Assembly: GCA_026134025.1 (NCBI GenBank)
Contig: JAOQII010000005.1
Coordinates: 594-64,593 of the forward strand
Source: Candidatus Syntropharchaeum sp.
GTDB taxonomy: Archaea > Halobacteriota > Syntropharchaeia > Syntropharchaeales > Syntropharchaeaceae
Direction: 5' to 3'
DNA length: 64,000 nt
Shown in pieces: positions 1-9,224 of the stretch; within the stretch, counting starts at the first letter, position 1, and the number at the start of each line of letters is the position of its first letter. A model generated the notes under the pieces. It made no database searches. It was not told where the DNA came from and saw nothing but the letters and a program-made list of their open reading frames with translations. A program made the translations under genes and the position numbers.

Positions 1-917
1 TTCACGCCCTTTGTCACAAGCATATTTGCGAGATAGTTCTCGTAGTGAGCCCCTTTCTTACCGGATTTGAACGACATCGCTGCAACCGCTGGCACACCCA
101 TCACAGGATATGATAACTCTGGAATTCCTGCCTTAACGCATGCACGACGGAGGAGCGATATATTACTCAACATATCTGTTATCGATTCTGCCTCAACAAA
201 TGTACCTGGATCCAGTATCAGATCGGTAACACCTTCTCTCGCGAATGTTGCAGCGATCGATCCGAGCATCTCAAGATCATTTGGCGCAAATACTGCTACA
301 GCGGTCTCAAACTCCTTTGCGATCTCAAGTACCTTCTCCCAGTTATCCTTCGTTGCAGCATAGAGGAGTGGTTTCTTACCCTTCAATACCTTTGCACCAG
401 CCTTCAGGACCTTGGGATCGAGCGAGCAGAGAATCACAGGTAGATCTGTCGTGTCTGCAACCTTTTTGACCGCGTTCTTGAACTTGATTGGATCACCTGA
501 TACAGATCTGACAGCGATCGCATCCACATAGAACGTATCCTTGAACCTGATGAAGTTCATATTCGCGATCTCATTTATGCGTTCAACAAGCCGATCATCA
601 CTCATCGTATCCCAGACATCATAAGCGATCACGGTCTTACCAAAGAACGCAAGTTCCTCCCTGTGCATCACCTCTTCACCACCGGTCATAATCGCCTTAT
701 CACCGGAACCGAAGGTGATCTCTGCCATCGGAGGTGCTAAGAGCCTTTTTATCTTCTTGGTTGCCGCTTTCTTGAGCTTTGGACACTTATCAACCGTTGT
801 TGTACGCTCAACGAGCTTCAGTGCAAACTCAAAGCAGGAATCAGCGTCACACTCCCCACAGTCCTCCTGTGGAAGTAGCTTCATAACCTCTGCGGGTGAT
901 TTTACTCTCTCTGCCAT
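1..917 (-). CDS. cdhE: ACDS corrinoid Fe-S protein large (gamma) subunit, runs off the window edge
   Basis: Manual translation from ATG at 917: MAERVKSPAEVMKLLPQEDCGECDADSCFEFALKLVERTTTVDKCPKL (CxxCx4C...C Fe-S domain), then GGEEVMHREEL and LILDPG; follows cdhD. Confidence 0.93.
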   Translation of the reverse strand, partial: MAERVKSPAEVMKLLPQEDCGECDADSCFEFALKLVERTTTVDKCPKLKKAATKKIKRLLAPPMAEITFGSGDKAIMTGGEEVMHREELAFFGKTVIAYDVWDTMSDDRLVERINEIANMNFIRFKDTFYVDAIAVRSVSGDPIKFKNAVKKVADTTDLPVILCSLDPKVLKAGAKVLKGKKPLLYAATKDNWEKVLEIAKEFETAVAVFAPNDLEMLGSIAATFAREGVTDLILDPGTFVEAESITDMLSNISLLRRACVKAGIPELSYPVMGVPAVAAMSFKSGKKGAHYENYLANMLVTKGV

Positions 918-920
918 CTC

Positions 921-2423
921 TCACACCTCCACAATCCAGTTCTCAATCTCTGCTGGATCTGTTTTGACCCCTTCTGGGTTCAAGAGCCGCTTCAATGACC
1001 TGATCCCAGCGGGCGTCATCTGCTCACACTTCTCAACCTCAGTCTCACCTTTGAGAAGTGCCTCTGCCATTGCTTTACATGAGTCGTACCCGCACTTCTT
1101 GCAGTCGTTCATTGGCAGGTGTCGCATAACAGACCTGACATCCTCAAGCTTCGAGATGTAGATCTTATCAAGCAGTGCCTCGGTCATCTCAATCGCCCGT
1201 TGGTCTAACATGACAAGCATGTGTGCCCCTGATACCAGGGCGCTGGCAGCTGTTGCAGACTCGAATGCCATCCCGCGCTCGACCTCAGATCCCCACTCAT
1301 CAAGCGCAAACCAGGTTTCACGGTTGAGCCATGCGTTACAGGGTGCTGTGATCATCGGTGGCTGAAAGTTCTCATCTCCAATTAGGGCTTTGTTATCCAC
1401 GGTATCCATCGTTGTCACAACGAGTTCTGAACCGAATCCAACACAGACCCATCCTGGATCAGTCATGACCTTACTTAGCGGGATCTCCTTACCGGTCAGT
1501 GCGGTCTTATTGAGCCATGCAAGCCCCTGTGCGTTCATCGGCTGATAGCTTATGATCGTATGTCCATACTCCTTTGCAATCTCGTAATACTGTAACACCT
1601 CATCATCAAGCTCAACGCCAACCCATGTCGGGAGCACAAGACTTGTGGAGCAGATAAAGATGTTTTCACCCTTGGCTGCTTTTGCACACGCCTCAATAAC
1701 CTCAACATCCTTTGCCATATTACCGGATCTCAGTACGATCCCAATAGGTACGTCAACAGCCGCTAAAACATCCTTCAAGGTCTGCGCTGCCTCCTCTGCA
1801 GATCTATTCGTGCCTTTTGGGTCTGTTGAGTTGAGATCGAGTTCTATCACCCTGGCACCATAGACATCAACGAGCTTCTTTGCCCATGCCACAGGATCGC
1901 CGACAACATCCCCATACTGCTCCTTCAGAACCTTTGAAAGGCCTGGATCCTCATCAAAGACAAGATGTGCGATAGGAGGTCGGTGTGGCAGATTCCCCTC
2001 AAACCTGTAATACGGAGAGGTATTGTTCCCACCAATCTTGAGCGAGAATGCCCTTGTTCCGCCTTCATCCTTAGTTGCACCGATTGTAACCTCAGCAAAT
2101 TTACCTGGATGAGTTTCAACAGGTGGCGTAAGCTTGAACGCTTCAAGTTTTATTTTTTTTTTGGGGGGGGCTGCCGCCTCTTCGGCAACAGCCGCCGCAG
2201 GAGCAGATACCGCTCCTGATAGAAGTTTTGAGAGAAGTTCGTAAGGAGGTATCACACCTTCAAGTATGATCTCATCAAACTCGAAGTCGACCCCCTTTAT
2301 GCTCTCAACCTTCTTCAACATCTTGTTCAAGCCTGAGACCATATCGAGGACTTCTTTGCCCTCGCCTGAAGGGGTAGCTGCTTCCGCTTCCTCCCCCTTC
2401 TTCTTAAGTTTTACCTTAACCAT
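921..2423 (-). CDS. cdhD: ACDS corrinoid Fe-S protein small (delta) subunit with extra C-terminal Fe-S domain
   Basis: EVTIGATKDEGGTR, DPVAWAKK, STDPKG and ERGMAFESATA CdhD motifs; C-terminal LPMNDCKKCGYDSCKAMA...C. Confidence 0.92.
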   Translation of the reverse strand: MVKVKLKKKGEEAEAATPSGEGKEVLDMVSGLNKMLKKVESIKGVDFEFDEIILEGVIPPYELLSKLLSGAVSAPAAAVAEEAAAPPKKKIKLEAFKLTPPVETHPGKFAEVTIGATKDEGGTRAFSLKIGGNNTSPYYRFEGNLPHRPPIAHLVFDEDPGLSKVLKEQYGDVVGDPVAWAKKLVDVYGARVIELDLNSTDPKGTNRSAEEAAQTLKDVLAAVDVPIGIVLRSGNMAKDVEVIEACAKAAKGENIFICSTSLVLPTWVGVELDDEVLQYYEIAKEYGHTIISYQPMNAQGLAWLNKTALTGKEIPLSKVMTDPGWVCVGFGSELVVTTMDTVDNKALIGDENFQPPMITAPCNAWLNRETWFALDEWGSEVERGMAFESATAASALVSGAHMLVMLDQRAIEMTEALLDKIYISKLEDVRSVMRHLPMNDCKKCGYDSCKAMAEALLKGETEVEKCEQMTPAGIRSLKRLLNPEGVKTDPAEIENWIVEV

Positions 2424-2432
2424 ACGATCTCC

Positions 2433-2591
2433 TCACTTTTTCAGGACAATTTCATCGATGTGTACCTTTGCACCTTTTATCGTGATCTTTGGCGGTACAC
2501 CAGATGGCACGCCTGTAGCTCCAGCTGGTGCTGCCGCCGGGGCAGCAGCACCCTCCTCTTCTCCTTTCTTCTTCAACTTAAGCTTCACCAT
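2433..2591 (-). CDS. 52-aa ACDS-associated small protein resembling the CdhC C-terminal tail and the CdhD N-terminus
   Basis: Not in ORF track. MVKLKLKKKGEEEGAAAPAAAPAGATGVPSGVPPKITIKGAKVHIDEIVLKK; GGAGG upstream; fills the cdhC-cdhD gap. Confidence 0.8.
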   Translation of the reverse strand: MVKLKLKKKGEEEGAAAPAAAPAGATGVPSGVPPKITIKGAKVHIDEIVLKK

Positions 2592-2595
2592 TCAT

Positions 2596-4110
2596 TCATT
2601 CCTCCAGGATTCCGTCCTCTATCATCTCCTCAACGAGATCCATGATGTCCTCTTCATCGACACCAAACTCCGCTGCAGCCACCTCTGGATCGAGTTCTCC
2701 ATCCTGTTCCTCGATGAACGCAAGAAGTTCGTCTGCGTTGAGTGGTCTCTTCCAGCCATCTGTGATCTTCTTACCATCGAGCGGTCTTATGACACCGGTC
2801 ACAACAGGATGATCAACTTTCTTCAAGAACTCCCTGAGCTCAGCTATATCCTTGACATCATTCTCGGTTGCGATCTTATCCTTCATCTCATCTGGAATCG
2901 CATCCCCATGTCGCTCCTTGAGGCTTGAGTTCATCCATACAACCCGTCTCCATCCTCCATCAGCCTGCCAGAACTTCGGTGAATGGAGGTACCTCACAGA
3001 TAGACCAAGCAATCCCTCTGTCTGCTGACCGCCACCCGTTCTTGCTGCCATGGTCGAGAACGGTAGCTTGTTCACGGTCGGCTCGTTGTAACCCCGTGCC
3101 ACAAGCCCGAAACCATCTACCTCCGGGATGTAGAAAGAGATCATCTCGAAACAACCGCAGGATGTATGTGTATATCCAAACATTGAATGGATACCATATC
3201 GCGTGTTGATCCCACCTGAGAGCTTTGTTACGGCTTCATTCGCTCCAGACCACTCACCCGTTACAGGATCAAGACACTCTCCTGGATCGAACGGCTGCCA
3301 GTCTCCAGCCTGATCCATTGCATATCCTGCCTTTGCGTCTGCCCAGGAGATTGCACCACAGTTGGCTGGTCTCTGAGGCGTTATAACACATACATGTGAG
3401 GATGCGAAGGACTGACAGAGCGTGCAGGTATACCAGGGCTTTGTATCCTCCTCGGTCATTGCAGCCATCTTTGCGTCCTGCTCCTTCCAGTATGCCACCG
3501 CCTCATCCCATTTCTCCTTCACAAGATCTGGTTCGGTTATTATCGTGATCTGACATCGATCAACGACAGGGATCTCCATCACAAAGAGCCTTGCGATGAT
3601 CTTTGCCCAGTGCTCAAACCTGAACCCTTTCTCTAAAAGTTCCTTGCTCACCCGAATCCAGATCGTCTCTCTCCCATTGAGGTGCATGAGCCCACCAATG
3701 TAGTTTCCCCAGTAGTGGAACCTGGTCGAGAAGGTTCCCTCCATCTCTGGAGGAATCTCCGTCTCATCAGAAGATACCTCTGCGATCATCCCGAATCGGT
3801 GGGCACCTGGTTCGAGTTCATTCATCTCAGGACCGATTATGGTTACCTTTTCATTCTCAAGTTCTGTTCCAGGTGGGTGGATGATGATCCGTTCGAATGC
3901 ATAATCACACTTTGGACCTCCAAACTCAAGCGCGGTATCTGCGGCTCGGATCCGCTCACCCTCATACTGAGGACCAATCTCTGCCGGGATATCATCCCAG
4001 CCGGTTGTCTCTGTCTTCAACTCGACCTTGATGTAGTCGCTGAACTGAATTCCAAAATCTTCTTCTGCAGCTTCCTGTTCTCTTGCAGCTTTATCAAATA
4101 CTCCTGCCAT
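2596..4110 (-). CDS. cdhC: ACDS beta subunit (acetyl-CoA synthase)
   Basis: GPQYEGERIR, CTLCQSF, HTSCGCFE A-cluster motifs, FWQADGGWRRVVWM. Confidence 0.95.
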   Translation of the reverse strand: MAGVFDKAAREQEAAEEDFGIQFSDYIKVELKTETTGWDDIPAEIGPQYEGERIRAADTALEFGGPKCDYAFERIIIHPPGTELENEKVTIIGPEMNELEPGAHRFGMIAEVSSDETEIPPEMEGTFSTRFHYWGNYIGGLMHLNGRETIWIRVSKELLEKGFRFEHWAKIIARLFVMEIPVVDRCQITIITEPDLVKEKWDEAVAYWKEQDAKMAAMTEEDTKPWYTCTLCQSFASSHVCVITPQRPANCGAISWADAKAGYAMDQAGDWQPFDPGECLDPVTGEWSGANEAVTKLSGGINTRYGIHSMFGYTHTSCGCFEMISFYIPEVDGFGLVARGYNEPTVNKLPFSTMAARTGGGQQTEGLLGLSVRYLHSPKFWQADGGWRRVVWMNSSLKERHGDAIPDEMKDKIATENDVKDIAELREFLKKVDHPVVTGVIRPLDGKKITDGWKRPLNADELLAFIEEQDGELDPEVAAAEFGVDEEDIMDLVEEMIEDGILEE

Positions 4111-4129
4111 ATTCTAAACCTCCTTAATC

Positions 4130-4645
4130 TTACAGATTCTCCATTAAAATATCCATCTCTTCCTTCCACTTATAATCAGGCATGTAGGGAAACGCCCACG
4201 TCGCGTTTGGGTGTGCCCGTGCACAGAGTGCGAGCGTCTTTATATGTGGTGCGAAGTGCTTCAGTGTTGCAAGACTCTGTGATGCAAGGTAGTACTGGAT
4301 TCCCATCGTGATCACGAGATCGTGTGGCTTTCCGTTTAACCCATACTCGGGATTCTGAAGCTTGTTTACAATCTCAACCGCGCCCATCATCGATATATCA
4401 AGATCCTCAGGATATTCCTTTGATGAGCCTGCTGATGCAACCGTGGGAATGCCTTTTTTCGTCATCTCGATCGCATAGTCAATGAGACGCTTTCCCCCAA
4501 GATCCACTTCGCATGCAAGTTTCCCAACGATAAGAAGTGGATTCTTCGCTTCTTTTATCATCCTACCGGCAACCTTACCATCGATCTTACCTGAGATATG
4601 CCCACCGGCCGGACAGTCGCCCAACTTCCATATTGTTGCAGACAT
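4130..4645 (-). CDS. cdhB: ACDS epsilon subunit
   Basis: MIKEAKNPLLIVG, GKPHDLVITMG, LKHFAPH, HPNATWAFP; lies between cdhA and cdhC. Confidence 0.93.
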   Translation of the reverse strand: MSATIWKLGDCPAGGHISGKIDGKVAGRMIKEAKNPLLIVGKLACEVDLGGKRLIDYAIEMTKKGIPTVASAGSSKEYPEDLDISMMGAVEIVNKLQNPEYGLNGKPHDLVITMGIQYYLASQSLATLKHFAPHIKTLALCARAHPNATWAFPYMPDYKWKEEMDILMENL

Positions 4646-4661
4646 CTTATAACCTCCTTCC

Positions 4662-7079
4662 TTATACCGTATACCATTTCTTACCCTGCTTGAGGGCTTC
4701 GTATGTCCAGAGATCCTTTGGATCTAAGAGCGTCGGTGATTTGATCGGTCGTTTCGATTCCCAGCCTGCGGCATCAAGAATCTCCATGATCTCATCCTTT
4801 GCAGCATATGGTATATCAACTTCGCTCCTTACATAGTACGGTAGATCCTCAGGCATTCTACCATAGTACTTCTTGTGCATATCGATGTAGTTTGTGAGCT
4901 TGAGCTGCCGCCCCTCTGGTAAGTCGTTGTTGCGGAAGCAGAGCTTGGCGCACATTACAAGCGCCTCCTCTTTTGATTCTGCGACATAGATCATATGCTC
5001 TGGTACGGGACCGAGGTTGTGCACACTCCCGTCCTTGATGTCTCGCACATTGAACGTCTCAAGATCCTCTTTATTCCCAAGATATTGGTGCCTGTACTTT
5101 GAAGAATGAGGACCAAGCACCGCAGGAACGCCCAGCCTGTGGAATGACATACCGATCGAGAACGCCTTTTGCGAGTATGCACCCCAGACGAGTCCACATG
5201 CACCCACGTAGTTATGCACGTAATCTGCGATCTCCTGGAAGTTACCGCTCAAGATCCGCCTTGCAAAGACATTTGCCACCCGTATACCTGCATCTGAGAT
5301 ATGTGGGTTCGAGACGCATGATCCTACATTACAGAGCCCTCTTGCAACAAACGCTCCAGGAAACTTCTCATACAAAGTTTTGCCCTCAGCATCTTTGTAC
5401 CATCCGACTGACATCGTACCGCATCCAGATACTGCAACAATGAAGTTTCGCATGAGAAGCTCTTCTGCCATCTCATAGACCTCTCGATGCTCGTTCGGGT
5501 AGTTGGAACACCCTATAAGTCCGATAGCACCAGGGATTGTTCCAAGCCCCCACGTATCTGCGACCTTCCTGATCTCAACATCCGTGATCGGCCCTCTTCC
5601 AACCCTGCAGACCGACTTGTGTTCTCTGAACGCTTTCTCAGAAGCCTTGCTGATGAGGCTTATAATCGGAATAAACCGTTTACACTCCTGCTCGCACTTT
5701 CCACACCCAACACACGAGTCATCGAGTGCTGCAAGCTTTGAGAAATCACCCTCTATCGCTGCGTACATCGCATCAGAGATCGGGAGTGAATTTCCACATG
5801 CCTTTGTACACGCACCACAGTGCCAGCACTGCTTTGCATAAGCGATGATCTCATCCTCAGATGGCGTGATCTTGAATTTCTGCCTCTTTGGCGCGACGCC
5901 AAGTGCAACCCTGACGGCAACCTCTCCTGCCATCTCACGGTTTAGGATCAGGACACCTGTCTCTTTGCCTGAGACAAGATCATTCACGACCTCATCGATG
6001 TCATCGCCAGATCTATCAGGCAGTCCATGCATCGCTTTCGTGTTTGTTGCGATAAACGGTGCCTTCACGCTACGCGCAATCTCATGCATATCAACCCTTA
6101 TACATTGCTCATCCACGACAACAACATCTGCAAAACCAGATCGTACATACCTTATCTGCATCGACTGGGGTCCAACGATCTTCGCCTTCTGGGTATATCG
6201 GGTCAGGTCGATCGCCGTACAGCAGATTCCGCCGATCTCAACCGCATCTTCAAGGTCATGCTCTCGCATATAATCGACCATCGCGATCGATGGGAGGACA
6301 TTATGCCCTATACAGAGAATCGTTGGCTTTGTCTGATCGAGCACTCCCATACCAATCTCAACAAGCGGTGCGTTTGGATCTCCTCTCGGCATATCAAGGG
6401 CGCAGATCTGTGCGATATCCGCGGTAGCCATTGAAACCGAGTCGAGCATCCCGGCATGGTACGCCTTTGACTCATAATCGAGATAGCTTCCCTCCTGACC
6501 CATGTGGATAGCTGCAACAAGCCCGGGAACCTGGCTCTCGACATACTCGATCACCTCAACAAGATCGCTGAGCTTCTTTGGTGCGATACCTGTCACAACC
6601 CTGATGATCGGGGATTCAACCGGGGTCATCTCACCAAAGTCAATCGGAACATCCGGTCCTTTCAGCTCTATAAGCTCCTCCACAAGTTCTTTTGCATGGC
6701 TAAGGTGTGTGTTCATCCCTGTAAACGCTGTTAAAAGTGACCATCTACCCTGCTGTGTCTTCATATCGATCCCACATGCACCCCGCTTGTTTCCTGTGAG
6801 ATCACATTTACCCAGCGTACACAGACAGCAGATATCACATGTCGGTGAGTACATCGGTGGATACCGCTTCAAGAGCTTCATATCCCAGTCTCTAAGGTCT
6901 TCCATGTTCGGCTTTGGCGTTGGACCCATCGGCTCTATCATTTCATCGATCTCCGAAGGCTTTGTGACCTTCCCTATCGATAACTCGAGTCCATCGAGCC
7001 TGAAAGAGCCTGTCCTAAACTTCTTGAGTTTTGCATTCAGGACTTCTTCATCATTTGCAACCAAATAAACCTCCTCCAT
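4662..7079 (-). CDS. cdhA: ACDS alpha subunit (CO dehydrogenase)
   Basis: GPTPKP, CDICCLCTLGKC...GAC, IGHN, GICC, DEQC, two CxxCxxCxxxC motifs, GSCVSNPH. Confidence 0.97.
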   Translation of the reverse strand: MEEVYLVANDEEVLNAKLKKFRTGSFRLDGLELSIGKVTKPSEIDEMIEPMGPTPKPNMEDLRDWDMKLLKRYPPMYSPTCDICCLCTLGKCDLTGNKRGACGIDMKTQQGRWSLLTAFTGMNTHLSHAKELVEELIELKGPDVPIDFGEMTPVESPIIRVVTGIAPKKLSDLVEVIEYVESQVPGLVAAIHMGQEGSYLDYESKAYHAGMLDSVSMATADIAQICALDMPRGDPNAPLVEIGMGVLDQTKPTILCIGHNVLPSIAMVDYMREHDLEDAVEIGGICCTAIDLTRYTQKAKIVGPQSMQIRYVRSGFADVVVVDEQCIRVDMHEIARSVKAPFIATNTKAMHGLPDRSGDDIDEVVNDLVSGKETGVLILNREMAGEVAVRVALGVAPKRQKFKITPSEDEIIAYAKQCWHCGACTKACGNSLPISDAMYAAIEGDFSKLAALDDSCVGCGKCEQECKRFIPIISLISKASEKAFREHKSVCRVGRGPITDVEIRKVADTWGLGTIPGAIGLIGCSNYPNEHREVYEMAEELLMRNFIVAVSGCGTMSVGWYKDAEGKTLYEKFPGAFVARGLCNVGSCVSNPHISDAGIRVANVFARRILSGNFQEIADYVHNYVGACGLVWGAYSQKAFSIGMSFHRLGVPAVLGPHSSKYRHQYLGNKEDLETFNVRDIKDGSVHNLGPVPEHMIYVAESKEEALVMCAKLCFRNNDLPEGRQLKLTNYIDMHKKYYGRMPEDLPYYVRSEVDIPYAAKDEIMEILDAAGWESKRPIKSPTLLDPKDLWTYEALKQGKKWYTV

Positions 7080-7161
7080 TCGTTCATCAATTTTATCTAT
7101 CTTTAGTTACGAATTACCTCCAATATACGTATATATACCTTTTTTGGTTTGAATCGAAGGG

Positions 7162-7448
7162 TGCAGCATCCCAAAAATAACCTCACACTCCAAGAGGATC
7201 GCCGTGTGAGAAAGCTAACGAAGAGGGAGATACTGAGAATAGTCAAACGAACCCATCAGATAATCAGAGAGTTCAGAGAAACAGGCAAAAGTCCCTTCCT
7301 CAAGAAACCGGGAAGAAAACCCAGAGAGGAACTTGCGGCAAGGATAAAGCATCCTCAAATTAATGGGAAGAGAAAGTGGTTCGCTGGGAGGTTGAGAGGA
7401 GGGCTGAGAAATCTATTGGAGAGAACGTGTAGATATAAGGATGCTACA
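7162..7448 (+). mobile_element. Internally deleted IS481-family element (MITE-like remnant)
   Basis: Ends TGCAGCATCC / GGATGCTACA (9 of 10 inverted match); coding remnants KLTKREILRI, REFRETGKSPFLKKPGRKP and HPQINGKRKWF match both ends of the transposase at 13400-14332. Confidence 0.75.
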
Positions 7449-7465
7449 ACCACAAAAATGCTTGT

Positions 7466-8413
7466 TTACTCATTTGCCTTCCTGATATTCAGGAGTGCAT
7501 CCTGTGCAAGCCCTACTAATATAAGATCATCCTCACTGATGACGGATCTTATCATTGGCTCTGCCTGATCCAGATACGTCGGGTGCATAATCGTCATCTC
7601 ACCCAGTGAACGGAGCGCCATTCGTCTAACCAGCAAATTTCTCTCATTTGAGACCGCGTCCATCAACCGATTGAAGGCTCGATCATCACTCATCCTGCTC
7701 AAAGCGAAGGCTGCCCACTGACGAACGTTTGCATCCTCTTCAAGGTTATCCATCATCTCCAGAAGCGGCTCAAGGGCCCTCAGATCGCCAAGTTCTCCAA
7801 GGAAAAAAGCCGAGACGAAGCGCACATCAGGATATTCATCATCCAGTCGATTAAGGAAAATGTCAAGATCTACACTTTCTCCATTCGCTGCAATGAGCTT
7901 CCGAAGTGCCCCAAATATGCTGATTCTTGCACCTCGCCAGTCATCCCTCATCGCATCAAGAAGGGGTTCAATCGCGCGATCGTCACCCACAAATTCGAGT
8001 GATTGTGCAGCAATTGCCCTGACCTCCTGGTTTTCATCTTCAAGTGCGGCTATAAGCTCTGGAACCATATCTCCGGCTAATTCACACGTTCCAGCGAGGT
8101 ACGTAGACCAGAACCGCACCCATCCATTTTCATCGCGCATCCCTGACCTGATAAGATCGACATTTGAGCCATCAAGAAGAACCTCAAGTGACTCTGCCGC
8201 TCTCCAGCGCACACTGTCATCCTCATCTCTTAAAAGCTCAAATAGCGGTTTAATCGCACTTTTATCCCCCTTTGAACCGAGTGATTCTGCGGCAGCGACT
8301 CTAAGAATGCAGTTCTTGGCAGAAAGTGCTTCAATTAACCGTTCACTTTCCCAACCTGGATCTGGTTTCTCACATATAGCACCAGCTTTCTTTTTCTTGC
8401 TACCACTTACCAA
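7466..8413 (-). CDS. HEAT (PBS-lyase type) repeat protein
   Basis: Repeated L-x-D-x-x-x-x-VR-x-x-AA-x-x-LG units (e.g. LLRDEDDSVRWRAAESL, LEDENQEVRAIAAQSL). Confidence 0.88.
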   Translation of the reverse strand: MVSGSKKKKAGAICEKPDPGWESERLIEALSAKNCILRVAAAESLGSKGDKSAIKPLFELLRDEDDSVRWRAAESLEVLLDGSNVDLIRSGMRDENGWVRFWSTYLAGTCELAGDMVPELIAALEDENQEVRAIAAQSLEFVGDDRAIEPLLDAMRDDWRGARISIFGALRKLIAANGESVDLDIFLNRLDDEYPDVRFVSAFFLGELGDLRALEPLLEMMDNLEEDANVRQWAAFALSRMSDDRAFNRLMDAVSNERNLLVRRMALRSLGEMTIMHPTYLDQAEPMIRSVISEDDLILVGLAQDALLNIRKANE

Positions 8414-9215
8414 GTTTATCCCTCTTCGACCGCTGGTAGAGTATCACGAGAACCGCGATGATGATCAGTGCAAGAACACCATAGATCACGTATTTTTTTG
8501 TGCGTGCACCTGATTCAAGTTTTTCCACCTTCTCATACGCCATGTTGGCATAGTATGTGGCGTTATGAGCGGCATCAATCGATGCATTGAGGTCTTCTGG
8601 ATAGTAATCATTTGCATCGGTCAGGTATCGTTCTGCCATCTTCAGATCGTCCTCTGCATCCGAGGTATCCATCGTTGAGTTCTGGATCGCCTGCTTTGCG
8701 CGTTCGATCGCTTTTTTCGACTCATCGATGACGTTTACAACCTTTTGTATCTCGCTGCTTGTGACTGTCCGTTTCTCAACCAGAACCGTATAGTCGTTTG
8801 TCGTTGTGTTCTCATCTATCCTTGCGATCAGGATCTCTTTTTGAAACTCGATATTTGGTGCTTTTCCTGTAAGTCCTATCACCACAGTCTCTGCTGAGTG
8901 GTTAATTAAAAGTGGTTCTCCCTCATTATAGGCAACAGGCACTCCATCTACGGTAACACTCCACTGCGGTGCGTCAAGCTCCGAGTAGCAGAAGAATTTT
9001 GATTCATTGATCTCCTTGCTGAAATTTGTGAGCGTGATCGTTGCCCAGACATTCTCTCCAAACTGGATCACACCCTCTGGTCTCATTTCGTATGAGACAT
9101 CAACAAACCTTGACTGAGGGTAAGGATCTTCGAGTGCGAGTGCTGGTGCGATCATGACCGAGACGATGATCAAACTCAATACTCCTCTGCTTATCTTATC
9201 TATATTCATCCACAT
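8400..9215 (-). CDS. Secreted, C-terminally membrane-anchored hypothetical protein
   Basis: Signal peptide (VLSLIIVSVMIAPALA), beta-rich then helical region, C-terminal TM YVIYGVLALIIIAVLVILY and basic tail. Confidence 0.8.
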   Translation of the reverse strand: MWMNIDKISRGVLSLIIVSVMIAPALALEDPYPQSRFVDVSYEMRPEGVIQFGENVWATITLTNFSKEINESKFFCYSELDAPQWSVTVDGVPVAYNEGEPLLINHSAETVVIGLTGKAPNIEFQKEILIARIDENTTTNDYTVLVEKRTVTSSEIQKVVNVIDESKKAIERAKQAIQNSTMDTSDAEDDLKMAERYLTDANDYYPEDLNASIDAAHNATYYANMAYEKVEKLESGARTKKYVIYGVLALIIIAVLVILYQRSKRDKLGKW

Positions 9216-9224
9216 CCCCTTCTA

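Noticed and set aside
7123-7134. Palindrome ATATACGTATAT at the cdh promoter
   Set aside because: Low complexity and overlaps the TATA box; cannot be told from chance
7149-7568. 139-aa plus-strand ORF
   Set aside because: Chimera of IS481 remnants and antisense of the HEAT gene; not a real gene
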